In this document: piece by piece, positions 1 to 9,083 of the stretch
How positions within the stretch are numbered: position 1 is the stretch's first letter
How the letters are laid out: the number at the start of each line of letters is the position of its first letter
Sequence record: OZ195776.1
DNA: 64,000 nucleotides
Strand: one strand, 5' to 3'
Notes under the pieces: generated by a model
Databases searched by the model: none
The model's input: the letters and a program-made list of their open reading frames with translations, nothing else
What the model was told of the DNA's origin: nothing
Position numbers and translations under genes: made by a program

Positions 1-243
1 GTTCATACAATTGATGAAATCATGGTTCGTGTTAAACAAGTAGTTGAATCAACTGATATGCTGACTTCTCTTGGTCTAACTGATGCAAACATCAACGAAC
101 TAATGGATTGGTTGGAAGATAACCTTGACCAACTACGTAGCCTTTCACTTCGTACTTGCTTGCATATCGCTGATATGATCAAGACAAGCCCATCACAATG
201 GAAGATGCTTGCGAAAATGACCATGCTTCGCAAAGGTCGCTAA
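1..243 (+). CDS. C-terminal part of a probable AAA-family ATPase (5'-truncated)
   Basis: Frame open from base 1; 'ELMDWLEDNLDQLRSLSLRTCLHIADM' resembles the C-terminus of an ATPase conserved in large myophages (recalled, not searched). Confidence 0.4.
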   Translation, partial: VHTIDEIMVRVKQVVESTDMLTSLGLTDANINELMDWLEDNLDQLRSLSLRTCLHIADMIKTSPSQWKMLAKMTMLRKGR

Positions 244-263
244 GAAAACCCAAATCAAACAAC

Positions 264-285
264 AAAGCCTTCTTCGGAAGGCTTT
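264..285 (+). terminator. Rho-independent terminator with UUCG loop
   Basis: aaagcctt-c-ttcg-g-aaggcttt directly after the stop codon. Confidence 0.65.
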
Positions 286-288
286 CCT

Positions 289-296
289 CATAAATA
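289..296 (+). promoter_or_regulatory. T4-type late promoter variant (CATAAATA)
   Basis: One mismatch to TATAAATA, just upstream of the AGGAGG RBS of gp2. Confidence 0.55.
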
Positions 297-312
297 CGTG
301 AGGAGGGTGTAT

Positions 313-990
313 ATGGCCAAAAGAGTAGATCCAGATCCTCGTGTTCGTAAGTTGCTTAAACAACTCGACTTCGAAAAAGATAAAGGCAATTGGAAGAAAG
401 TTGCTGATATCGCTATGAAGTTGAACGCACTTGAACAAGAGAATCCTGAAAAATATCGTATCACGCTTAAACAGTACCTTGCGCGTCTCGGCATGAAACC
501 CGGCGATGCTAAGTCTCAGGAATGGTTTAAACGCACATACGGACAATTAAAACGCAAGAAGTTTAAACCAGAAGACATGAAGATTGGTGGTTTATACTTC
601 TACAAATACAAACCGGAAACGGAAGGTACGTGGGATTTCGCACCATTGATGTTGAATCTTGGTCCTCATAAAACTAGAAACGGACATACGATTATGTTGG
701 GTTTGAACTTGCACTATATTCCTGCGAATAAACGTGCTAAGATTCTAATCTCATTAAGCGATCTGATGGTATTAGGTTCACGCCAACGTTTACTTTCACA
801 AAGTCGTATGGCAAAGTTGACGTGGGAAATCGTGAAGAAAGAACTTGGTATCAATATCGCCAAGCTATTGATTCATAGTTACCGTCTCGATCGTTTCCAA
901 TCTGCACCAGAAGAAATCCACCCAGCAGACTTTGCGAGTGTGATTCGTATGCCGTTGCAGAAATTCAAAGCAGTTAAACGAAAGTCATGA
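313..990 (+). CDS. 2: DNA end protector protein (T4 gp2-like)
   Basis: GGLYFYKY...WDFAPL...LGLNLHYIP motif typical of gp2; RBS aggagg before ATG 313. Confidence 0.8.
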   Translation: MAKRVDPDPRVRKLLKQLDFEKDKGNWKKVADIAMKLNALEQENPEKYRITLKQYLARLGMKPGDAKSQEWFKRTYGQLKRKKFKPEDMKIGGLYFYKYKPETEGTWDFAPLMLNLGPHKTRNGHTIMLGLNLHYIPANKRAKILISLSDLMVLGSRQRLLSQSRMAKLTWEIVKKELGINIAKLLIHSYRLDRFQSAPEEIHPADFASVIRMPLQKFKAVKRKS

Positions 991-997
991 GGAATAC

Positions 998-2287
998 ATG
1001 AAAAAAAGACCATTAACGGACATCATGAATAACGAAGCGTTGGACTTCGCACTTTATACTTTGCATCATCGTGCACTACCAAGCATGATTGATGGGTGCA
1101 AGCCAGTTCACCGTTTCGTTTTGTATAGCACGCTGAAAGATGCGAAATCGGAATTTGCAAAGGTTGCTGCGTTAGGTAGTAACGTTGCCAAACTCGGATA
1201 CAACCACGGTGAAGTAAGTGCACAGGATGCATTGAAACTAATGGCCGCTGAATGGACGAACAATCTTCCATTGGTAGCTGGTCGTGGTAACTTCGGTTCA
1301 CGAATGATTCAGGATTCTGCTGCTGCACGTTACGTGTATGCGAAGATGCACCCGAACTTTCCGAAGTACTTCAAAGACATCGAGTTGTCGCCAGAGCATC
1401 CAGATCCGGAACATGTACCACCAGCGTTTTACGTTCCTGTAATTCCGGTCGTCCTTGTGAATGGTATGTTGGGTATCGCTACTGGCTACTCGACAAAGAT
1501 TTACCCTCATGATTTGGATTGGGTAAAAAAAGCTGTTACGGAACACCTCGCTGGTAAAGAAATCAGCGAACCTGTAGTAAGCTGGCCTTGCTTCGATGGT
1601 GAAATTACGTACGATGGAACCAAGTACACTCAGCACGGAACGTTCGATGTTTCTGGACTAACTGCTGTGGTTACTGAAATTCCAACTACATACGATCATC
1701 CGAAGTATTGTGCTGTTCTCGACAAGTTGGTGGATGAAGGCAAGATAAGTAGCTGGACCGATGAAACGTCGGATACGTTTCAGTTTCGAGTTCGTTTCAA
1801 ACGAGGCAGTAACATGACAGACGACTTCATTAAGAAGACGTTGAAGCTAACAAAGTCATTTACGCCAAATGTGAACGTAATCAACCAGCACAACCGTCTT
1901 GCAAGTTACGACGACGTGCGTGATCTGGTCAAAGATTTCGTTGACTTCCGTCTTGAGTTCCTTGAAGATCGTATCTCTAACGGTCTAAAAACGTCTCTAA
2001 GACGTTCTTCGTTAGCAGATGCAAAAGTGCATTTCATTAAGTCTGTAATCGCGGGAGAGACGATTCTACACGGTAAAACGAAGGCTGTTTTAACGAAAGA
2101 ATTGTCAATTCAAGATAACCTTAAACCATACGTTTCTGAGTTATTGGCTATGACAGTTGATAAGATGACTTCGGACGAAGTAAAGCGTCTGGAGAAGGAA
2201 GCGAACGATGCTCGGAAAGAACACGAGTATTGGCAAAAGACGACTCCAAAAAAAGAGTACGTCAAAGACATTAAGGAAATACAATGA
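998..2287 (+). CDS. 52: DNA topoisomerase II medium subunit (gp52, GyrA/ParC-like)
   Basis: RALPSMIDGCKPVHR, YNHGEVS, GNFGSR, AAARY catalytic Tyr motif. Confidence 0.96.
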   Translation: MKKRPLTDIMNNEALDFALYTLHHRALPSMIDGCKPVHRFVLYSTLKDAKSEFAKVAALGSNVAKLGYNHGEVSAQDALKLMAAEWTNNLPLVAGRGNFGSRMIQDSAAARYVYAKMHPNFPKYFKDIELSPEHPDPEHVPPAFYVPVIPVVLVNGMLGIATGYSTKIYPHDLDWVKKAVTEHLAGKEISEPVVSWPCFDGEITYDGTKYTQHGTFDVSGLTAVVTEIPTTYDHPKYCAVLDKLVDEGKISSWTDETSDTFQFRVRFKRGSNMTDDFIKKTLKLTKSFTPNVNVINQHNRLASYDDVRDLVKDFVDFRLEFLEDRISNGLKTSLRRSSLADAKVHFIKSVIAGETILHGKTKAVLTKELSIQDNLKPYVSELLAMTVDKMTSDEVKRLEKEANDARKEHEYWQKTTPKKEYVKDIKEIQ

Positions 2288-2466
2288 AACACGCACCACA
2301 GGTAAAAATCGAACAAATCGTACTTGAAGGCTATTCAACGTGCGACTGTTGTAGCAAAACTGGACCTGGTATTCAGATTCATTCAAACTGCTACTCTTCA
2401 ATGCGCTTATGTAAATTATGCGTAACTTCGATGAAAGAATCGTTTGACGGTGAAGACGAAGAATAG
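2284..2466 (+). CDS. Small Cys-rich hypothetical protein (possible Zn finger)
   Basis: CDCC...LCKLC; ATGA overlap with gp52 stop. Confidence 0.6.
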   Translation: MKHAPQVKIEQIVLEGYSTCDCCSKTGPGIQIHSNCYSSMRLCKLCVTSMKESFDGEDEE

Positions 2467-2514
2467 TAATATGATGCCGTAGCGCGTTGCTACGGCTCAA
2501 TTGAGGAAATTATT

Positions 2515-2814
2515 GTGAAGAAATTGTTAACTACCGCACTATTAGTGTGCGCACTTCCCGCATCCGCAAATGGCTTATTGGTCGTCGAAAAGATTGACGC
2601 TGCTCATGTAGTATACGTCAAAGAAGTTACAGACTTCTGCAAAGATATCGCCAACGACACAAAGACTCGCATGGTTACCGCATCATCGATGGGTGGTTAT
2701 GACCGTCCACATGTAATAGGCAACGAATCGTACGAATCTGCGATCATCTCCTGTACCAACAAATTCCGAAACATCGAACTCTTTATGGTCCAACAAGGTA
2801 AGAAGGCAAAATAA
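2515..2814 (+). CDS. Hypothetical exported protein
   Basis: GTG start after gagg; signal-peptide-like MKKLLTTALLVCALPASA. Confidence 0.65.
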   Translation: MKKLLTTALLVCALPASANGLLVVEKIDAAHVVYVKEVTDFCKDIANDTKTRMVTASSMGGYDRPHVIGNESYESAIISCTNKFRNIELFMVQQGKKAK

Positions 2815-3062
2815 TGGATATCAATATCGTTGTAGACAACGAATTTGTTCAACCTACCGACGCTCCTACATTATTTGATGATGTTCCGTTGACGATCATT
2901 CCAGCATCATTTACAATGACTGACCTTGTAGTGGAGCTTGGATTGTTCAAATCAAAATCACAAGCACGTAAAGCAGGGCGCGTAGGACCAATTCCAACTG
3001 GGTGGTCAGAATTAAAAGGTAACAAGAAAACATTCTTGTTCGTATGGAATCCAACAGAGTAA
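2814..3062 (+). CDS. Small protein with S4-like RNA-binding motif
   Basis: DLVVELGLFKSKSQARK resembles the S4 helix motif of the TyrRS C-terminus; TAATG coupling. Confidence 0.55.
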   Translation: MDINIVVDNEFVQPTDAPTLFDDVPLTIIPASFTMTDLVVELGLFKSKSQARKAGRVGPIPTGWSELKGNKKTFLFVWNPTE

Positions 3063-3066
3063 TTTT

Positions 3067-3969
3067 ATGAAAAATACAAACAAAATTCGTTATTCAGAAA
3101 TGTTCATGTCAGTCCAAGGTGAAGGCGCTTATACAGGTCGTCTTTCAGTTTGGATTCGTATGCACAAATGTAATCTACAGTGTCGTGGTTTCTCTCAACC
3201 AGATCCGTTAGATCGTAGTACTTGGAAACTTGAGTACGATGAATTTGCAAAATCTGACCAATTGATTGCTCTGCAGAAAATCGAAGATCTACCAGTGTTC
3301 AAAAGCGGTTGTGATTCGTACTACTCTTGGCATCCTGCATTCAAACGTTTCATGTTTGAAGATAGCGCAGAAGACATTGCAACACAGTTGCTTGATCTAA
3401 CACCACAAAAGTCTTTTGTGTGTCAACCAGCAAATGCTGACGTTCATCTTTGTTTCACCGGTGGTGAGGCGATGATTAACCAAGACAACATTCAAGCAAT
3501 CATCGAAGAGCTGATTGACGGTGGGGATTTCCCAACGCACATCACAATCGAAACAAATGGTACTCAGAAAATGCGTCCGCATTTCCGTAACTTCTTGCAA
3601 ATGATTCGTGAAGAACATGGCGTGAAGGTTACATTCAGCATGAGTCCTAAGCTACCAAGTGTAACTGGTGAAAGTGCGAAGAAAACAATTCGTCCAGAAG
3701 TGGTTCGTTCATACGAAGAAGCTGGTTACAACAGTTTCTTGAAGTTTGTAGTGAATCCTGACGAGCGTTCTTGGAACGACCTAGACAAAGCAGTAGCGAT
3801 GTATCGTGAAGCTGGCGTGACTGTTCCGATTTGGGTAATGCCAGTTGGTGCTACGCAGCAAGAACAAGAATCTCATGCTGGTGAATTGGCTAACCGAGCA
3901 ATTGCTCTTGGTTACAATGTTTCTGCTCGTGTTCACAATTACCTTTGGGGTAATGCAGTTGGTGTTTAA
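3067..3969 (+). CDS. queE: 7-carboxy-7-deazaguanine synthase (QueE-like radical SAM)
   Basis: YSEMFMSVQGEG, RMHKCNLQC...GCDS, FTGGE, IETNG, SPKL, RVHNYLWGN motifs. Confidence 0.88.
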   Translation: MKNTNKIRYSEMFMSVQGEGAYTGRLSVWIRMHKCNLQCRGFSQPDPLDRSTWKLEYDEFAKSDQLIALQKIEDLPVFKSGCDSYYSWHPAFKRFMFEDSAEDIATQLLDLTPQKSFVCQPANADVHLCFTGGEAMINQDNIQAIIEELIDGGDFPTHITIETNGTQKMRPHFRNFLQMIREEHGVKVTFSMSPKLPSVTGESAKKTIRPEVVRSYEEAGYNSFLKFVVNPDERSWNDLDKAVAMYREAGVTVPIWVMPVGATQQEQESHAGELANRAIALGYNVSARVHNYLWGNAVGV

Positions 3970-3982
3970 TTTCGAATAAGTG

Positions 3983-4010
3983 TTGCCTTTGAGATAGAGT
4001 CCTGTAATAT
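3983..4010 (+). promoter_or_regulatory. Sigma70-like early promoter
   Basis: TTGCCT-16 nt-TAATAT upstream of the ORF at 4056. Confidence 0.4.
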
Positions 4011-4055
4011 GGGCTCTGTCGGCCAACAAAGGCTACTAACTTTCGGAGAGACGTT

Positions 4056-4535
4056 ATGAACATCACTAATCTTGAAAAAGCAATGATTTTGGCAATTCCT
4101 GAATCAGAATACGCAGACAACTTCGATCACTCAGAACCTTGTCGTTTTGATTGTAACGTATGGACTTGGTCTGTTGTTGAAACTGCTCAAGACAAAGGTG
4201 TGATTTCGTCTCTTGTTAAGAAAGACATCGTAACCGTTTCTGGAGATGGAAACGATTCTGCAATTCTGTTTACCGAAATGGGAATGGAGTTGTGGAACAA
4301 GTTTTACAACGAAACTGATTCATCAAAAACTCGTCCGGAATACACGGAAGGTTCTAAAATGAACTATGTTCGTGAGTTATTGGTGTGGCTTACAGATAAC
4401 AAAGTCGTGTTTAAACGCGGTGAGTTGTCTGAGTTAATCTGCACTGAAACTGGTTTAGGGAAGAATACAGTTTCAAGTTACCTTCACACTCACTTGAAGG
4501 AAGTGTACCAAGCGTACAAAACAGCCGTTGAATAA
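4056..4535 (+). CDS. Hypothetical protein, possible C-terminal HTH
   Basis: RBS ggag; 159 aa ORF; ELSELICTETGLGKNTVSSYLH. Confidence 0.7.
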   Translation: MNITNLEKAMILAIPESEYADNFDHSEPCRFDCNVWTWSVVETAQDKGVISSLVKKDIVTVSGDGNDSAILFTEMGMELWNKFYNETDSSKTRPEYTEGSKMNYVRELLVWLTDNKVVFKRGELSELICTETGLGKNTVSSYLHTHLKEVYQAYKTAVE

Positions 4536-4569
4536 CGGCTCTTTAAATCTCTAAGTGTAAAGGTATTAT

Positions 4570-4836
4570 ATGTTGTTAGTGTTTGGCCATGTTATTGGCA
4601 CTATTGGTATGGTTCTCGTTTGTATTGCGTTTTGGTTAACTACGTCAGAACGACGTAAACCAACAGACAACGATTACCTTTGGATTAACTTAACCGGCGC
4701 AATTCTGCTGTTGGGTAGTCTTCTAATTAATTTTAACCTTGGATCGTTCATGATTGAAATCTTTTGGTGTGCAATCTCGATCCATGGACTTTGGGTAAAC
4801 TATAGGAAAAACAATGGAAAACAACTGGGTAGCTAA
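4570..4836 (+). CDS. Small multi-pass membrane protein (CBU_0592-like)
   Basis: Three hydrophobic segments; YLWINLTGAILLLGSL...FMIEIFWCAISIHGL pattern. Confidence 0.7.
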   Translation: MLLVFGHVIGTIGMVLVCIAFWLTTSERRKPTDNDYLWINLTGAILLLGSLLINFNLGSFMIEIFWCAISIHGLWVNYRKNNGKQLGS

Positions 4837-4942
4837 ACACGCACGCGACTTCAACAAGGCAACTGTTCAAGTTGACCGTAAGAAGAAGCAAAAGCGTATG
4901 ACTAAGCGTAAAATGAAACATAAGGGGAAACTCGATGTTTAA
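4814..4942 (+). CDS. 42-aa basic protein (not in the supplied ORF track)
   Basis: Translated by hand: MENNWVAKHARDFNKATVQVDRKKKQKRMTKRKMKHKGKLDV; RBS agga; resembles small basic proteins of T4-like phages. Confidence 0.65.
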   Translation: MENNWVAKHARDFNKATVQVDRKKKQKRMTKRKMKHKGKLDV

Positions 4943-5321
4943 TGGTATTAACTCTCTGATGAGAATGAATCGTAAGGCGCCGGTGGTTCCGCCTCCGGCA
5001 CCTATTTCAGACCTTAACGCTTATGCTACACCACCATTTTTCAAGCCTGACCCAGAACCAACTCGTCCAAAGAACGACGTTGAAATATTTTTCGATCAGT
5101 GCGCGTCATTTGATTGGTACCATGAATTTTCAGATGACCATTCTAAATGGTTAGAAGGCTCACGAGCGCTTGCGCAACTCGAAGCAACAGCGAGAGCTAG
5201 AGAGGTATTCCGTGAAATCTACATTGACTGGAGAGTCTACATGTTTTCCGGCGAAAACTTCGGTACGGAACGTGCACCAAAACCAAATATAAAAAATTAT
5301 ACGGTAACTGTTGATGCATAA
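4935..5321 (+). CDS. Hypothetical protein
   Basis: 128 aa ORF coupled to its neighbours. Confidence 0.7.
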   Translation: MFNGINSLMRMNRKAPVVPPPAPISDLNAYATPPFFKPDPEPTRPKNDVEIFFDQCASFDWYHEFSDDHSKWLEGSRALAQLEATARAREVFREIYIDWRVYMFSGENFGTERAPKPNIKNYTVTVDA

Positions 5322-5589
5322 TGATGCTTTAGGTAAGGTAATGGAAATCGGAGATATTGCTATAAGAATTTCGCAATATCTCGTATCGGCTGAACCAGTC
5401 GTAATTGTAGGTTTTACAAAAGAACGAGTGAAAATAAATGACGGAGCTGTTGTCGATTCATCTTGTTTGGTAGTAATATCTGCTCAGCTTTACGCAAACG
5501 GAGGGGACATATGGACCCATAGTTTGCACGCAAAATATAGTGAGCAAATTGCTCAAGGTTTAAAACGTCTTTCTAAACAAAAATCATAG
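5314..5589 (+). CDS. Hypothetical protein
   Basis: ORF overlapping the upstream stop; ATG at 5314. Confidence 0.65.
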   Translation: MHNDALGKVMEIGDIAIRISQYLVSAEPVVIVGFTKERVKINDGAVVDSSCLVVISAQLYANGGDIWTHSLHAKYSEQIAQGLKRLSKQKS

Positions 5590-5601
5590 GAACAATATAT
5601 C

Positions 5602-5898
5602 ATGACTACAAAAACTACTAACCCAATCGTTGCTTTCTTCGCTAAACTTTTCGGCGGTAAATCAGAACCACGTACAGTTGGTGCAATCCTTCTGGAAATG
5701 GAAAATCGCGTGAAAGAGCTTAACGAACGTGCATCATTTGAAAAAGCTGAGCAAGCAAAGAACGACGCGGAAGCTAAACGTGTTCGTGAAGAAGCTGCGA
5801 AGAAAGAGCAAGAACTTGCTGATAAGAACACCGAACTAGGTGAGTCAATCGAGCGTGCGAATCGCGTAGCAGAACGCATGTCTGGTTTTATCGAATAA
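5602..5898 (+). CDS. Hypothetical coiled-coil protein
   Basis: RBS agga; charged helical sequence. Confidence 0.7.
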   Translation: MTTKTTNPIVAFFAKLFGGKSEPRTVGAILLEMENRVKELNERASFEKAEQAKNDAEAKRVREEAAKKEQELADKNTELGESIERANRVAERMSGFIE

Positions 5899-5916
5899 CA
5901 CCAAAAGCCCAATTAC

Positions 5917-5941
5917 AAAACCCGCCTAGTGCGGGTTTTTT
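5917..5941 (+). terminator. Rho-independent terminator
   Basis: aaaacccgc-ctagt-gcgggtttttt. Confidence 0.8.
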
Positions 5942-5974
5942 GTATCCCTTAAATATGTTTTTAAGGAGGGCAAT

Positions 5975-6460
5975 ATGAAAAAAGCCAAACACTTTAAGAT
6001 TTACGAGTTAGTCTCGCGTGAGATCTACGAACGTCGTGGTGAAAGAGCGTGGCAACTAATCGATCCTCTTTTGATTGACACTCTCGACGCTCTACGTGAA
6101 CAATTCGGTCCTTGTACAATTAACAATTGGAAATGGAATGGGGTATATCATCAGAGTGGACTGCGTGATAATGGACATTACAAGTCGCTTTCAAAGTATC
6201 ACGAATCTCTAAGTCAGCACAAGTACGGCAGAGCCGCTGATTGTAAATTCAAGAACCATTCCGCACAAGAAGTACGCAAATACATTCTGGAGCATCCAGA
6301 GCAATTCCCACACATCACGTTCTTGGAAACAGGACCGTTGAATAGTGGTAAGGCAATGAATTGGGTACACGTCGATGTTCGAAATGGCGACGGTATTGTT
6401 TGTTGGAGTCCTGGAGAGGGCGCAATGAAGAAAGAAGACGTAATCCGTAGAAAACTGTAA
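5975..6460 (+). CDS. Peptidase M15 family Zn peptidase (candidate endolysin)
   Basis: GLR...SQHKYGRAAD...WVHVD Zn-binding motifs. Confidence 0.85.
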   Translation: MKKAKHFKIYELVSREIYERRGERAWQLIDPLLIDTLDALREQFGPCTINNWKWNGVYHQSGLRDNGHYKSLSKYHESLSQHKYGRAADCKFKNHSAQEVRKYILEHPEQFPHITFLETGPLNSGKAMNWVHVDVRNGDGIVCWSPGEGAMKKEDVIRRKL

Positions 6461-6480
6461 CTTAACCAGATAGGTGTCTT

Positions 6481-7185
6481 ATGGGCAAGAAAAAGCAAAC
6501 AGAACATCACGCTCCTAAAGTAGAGCTTCTTACGTTTAATCAAGAACAATATGCATCAGCGCTAGAAGCGCCAGTGCAAGACGACGGTTCTGATGCGTTT
6601 GTGTTCGCAATTGGTTCCGCAGGTACTGGTAAAACGTGGTTGGCGACAACCCTTGGTGCTGACTTATACAGCATGTTTGGATACACCCAGTTTGTTATCA
6701 TCAAGCCAACACTATCGTGTGGCGAAGAACTTGGATATCTACCAGGTACTCTTGAAGAGAAGATGCAACCTTGGATCGAAACCGTGGTTCAGCCGTTGAA
6801 AGACCGCTTGGGCGTAGACAAATTCAACTGCGATTGGAATAAGCGTATTTTTGCAGAACCTCTGCAATTTGTGCGTGGTAAGACGTTTGACAATTGTTTC
6901 ATCATCGTTGACGAAGCTCAAAACTTGACCAAGACAGAAGTTAAGACCATCATGACTCGTATCGGCGAAGGCAGCAAGATGGTGTTCTGTGGCGACCTTA
7001 AACAGGACGACCACAAAATGATCTACCGTACAGGTCAGAAAGAGATTTCTGGGTTGGCTTGGATCATCAATGAAATCCAACGTCAGCAACGTAGCGGCAT
7101 CGAAATCATTGAGTTCACCAACAAAGACGTTGTTCGTTCTGGTGCTTGTAAAATGGCTCTTGACATCATCGACAAAGCAGAGTAG
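6481..7185 (+). CDS. phoH: PhoH family ATPase
   Basis: GSAGTGKT, LGYLPGTLEEKMQPW, FVRGKTF, IIVDEAQN, RIGEGSK, GDLKQ. Confidence 0.95.
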   Translation: MGKKKQTEHHAPKVELLTFNQEQYASALEAPVQDDGSDAFVFAIGSAGTGKTWLATTLGADLYSMFGYTQFVIIKPTLSCGEELGYLPGTLEEKMQPWIETVVQPLKDRLGVDKFNCDWNKRIFAEPLQFVRGKTFDNCFIIVDEAQNLTKTEVKTIMTRIGEGSKMVFCGDLKQDDHKMIYRTGQKEISGLAWIINEIQRQQRSGIEIIEFTNKDVVRSGACKMALDIIDKAE

Positions 7186-7189
7186 TAAA

Positions 7190-7498
7190 ATGTACCTAAG
7201 ACTCACTGACTTGGGGAACTTCGACGTTCTTACAAGTCACATGTACGACGCGGCTGGTAACAAGATTGATCGAGATTTGATGCTCGGGGATGTTGTCACT
7301 ATTAACGAAACAGTAGATAATACTGTTCCTGGCGGCGTCTACACGCGAATAACTCGTGTATCAGATAAGAGTTGGATTACTGTGATGGGTCATGTCTTGT
7401 TCGATCGTTCATCTAAGATGTATCGAATGAAAGAAGACCGATTCCGAATGCAGTTTGAAAAACTCAAAGCCAGAGAAGTGGCTGATATCGTTAATTGA
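7190..7498 (+). CDS. Hypothetical protein
   Basis: ATG 7190 just after the phoH stop; followed by a terminator. Confidence 0.65.
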   Translation: MYLRLTDLGNFDVLTSHMYDAAGNKIDRDLMLGDVVTINETVDNTVPGGVYTRITRVSDKSWITVMGHVLFDRSSKMYRMKEDRFRMQFEKLKAREVADIVN

Positions 7499-7503
7499 TT
7501 TTT

Positions 7504-7528
7504 AAAGCCGGCTTGTCCGGCTTTTTTT
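7504..7528 (+). terminator. Rho-independent terminator
   Basis: aaagccgg-cttgt-ccggcttttttt. Confidence 0.8.
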
Positions 7529-7542
7529 GTTTTGATGGGAAC

Positions 7543-8217
7543 ATGATAGAGAATACCTCAATACCTCTTAATCTGCACAACGTTTCCAACTACCAGTGGC
7601 AATACGTCGATTCCACACGACTAAGTTACGAGCATATTCGATGTGCTTGTAATACTTGGTTTGATAATAGATCGACGGAAAACGACAGAAGCGATTTGGT
7701 AGTTGAAATCAGTTTAATGGATGCAGAAGTACAGCGTTTTCACGACTCTGTAAGGCTATATGCCAACTTTAAGCCTCATGATAAGGCAAATGGTGGTTTT
7801 ATGCGAACGAAGCGCTTAAAACACGATTTTAGAACGTTCTACGATGCACAGGAGGTTTGGTTCAAACAGATCCTTGCGGAACATCGAGTTGATGTGAAGC
7901 AGCGAAATGGAACAATGCGTAAGAAGAACCCAGTATTTTACACATGTGGCATTCGACCAGCTAAGATAAGAAAAACGTTGAATAAAGGATGTGGTTTGGT
8001 GATAATGGATACGGACGGAATTACACCTAAAGTATTCGCAATCGCAATCGGCAACGTTAGATACACATTCGAAGCAATGGACAGTTTAGGTAACGGTGCT
8101 TGTAATGCACAACAAGGTAGAAAAGTTGTTGACGTTAGCGAGTGTATCGATTACAATGACGATGTTGAAGATTGGGATTTTGATTCAGAAATCGAAGATT
8201 TATTATTAGACGAGTGA
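7543..8217 (+). CDS. Hypothetical protein
   Basis: ATG 7543 after ggga, downstream of the terminator; acidic C-terminus. Confidence 0.65.
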   Translation: MIENTSIPLNLHNVSNYQWQYVDSTRLSYEHIRCACNTWFDNRSTENDRSDLVVEISLMDAEVQRFHDSVRLYANFKPHDKANGGFMRTKRLKHDFRTFYDAQEVWFKQILAEHRVDVKQRNGTMRKKNPVFYTCGIRPAKIRKTLNKGCGLVIMDTDGITPKVFAIAIGNVRYTFEAMDSLGNGACNAQQGRKVVDVSECIDYNDDVEDWDFDSEIEDLLLDE

Positions 8218-8227
8218 GTATTACATA

Positions 8228-9073
8228 ATGGAAACTATTAACCGTAAAAACTTTACAAATGGCTTTGTTGCTGCATTGGCATTAGAAGATGGGATGAAAA
8301 TCGAAACCACAGCTACTTGCCTACCAGTCGCTACCGAAATGCGTGGTACTGGTCGAACAGACAATCGAGTCGATTACAACAATCACGACGATGTCAATTG
8401 GAAGCAAAAGTACATGATTGGTGTATCCACTCAAAGTGGTTGTCCAGTTAAGTGTAAGTTCTGTGCGGTTAATAAGCTGACTGAGAAACAAGGTTGGCGT
8501 AATCTAACTACAGAAGAAATCATCGAACAAGTTCAGTGGGCTATTGACGAGAGTGGTCACAATCCCAACGATGCTGAAATCTTCCGTGTGTTGTTTACTC
8601 GAATGGGTGAACCGGCAATGAACGTGAAGAACGTAATCGAAGCTGCTCGAATTCTGAAAGTGCAATTCCCACACGTACGCATTCAAATCAGTACAATTGG
8701 TTTTGGTGTACACAGCCGTCGTCTTGTTATTGAGTTGGCAAAACTAACAGAAGAGTTCGATGATGAGTTCATTGAACTTCAATTCAGCATTCATAGCACA
8801 GACAACGAGTTCCGCAAATGGTTGCAACACAACGGTGTGCTCGAGAACGAGACGATTAGTAACTTGATCGCCGCCCATTGGCAACCTGAAAAACGCAATT
8901 GGAAGGTTACGCTGAATTTTGCACTCGCGGAAGATACTCCATTTGATGTAGCGAAGCTACGTGAGCAATTCAACCCAGAGCAAGTTTTCATCAAAGTTTC
9001 TCCTATCAACGAGAATAGCGAATCTGATGACAACGGCATTAAAAGTCTATTCAAAAATGAAAACACAATTTAA
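8228..9073 (+). CDS. RlmN/Cfr-like radical SAM enzyme lacking the C-terminal Cys segment
   Basis: IET..., VSTQSGCPVKCKFC (CxxxCxxC), RMGEP, ISTIG, FSIHSTDNEFR motifs of the RlmN family; ends before the AACGQL region. Confidence 0.85.
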   Translation: METINRKNFTNGFVAALALEDGMKIETTATCLPVATEMRGTGRTDNRVDYNNHDDVNWKQKYMIGVSTQSGCPVKCKFCAVNKLTEKQGWRNLTTEEIIEQVQWAIDESGHNPNDAEIFRVLFTRMGEPAMNVKNVIEAARILKVQFPHVRIQISTIGFGVHSRRLVIELAKLTEEFDDEFIELQFSIHSTDNEFRKWLQHNGVLENETISNLIAAHWQPEKRNWKVTLNFALAEDTPFDVAKLREQFNPEQVFIKVSPINENSESDDNGIKSLFKNENTI

Positions 9074-9083
9074 AGGTATTATT

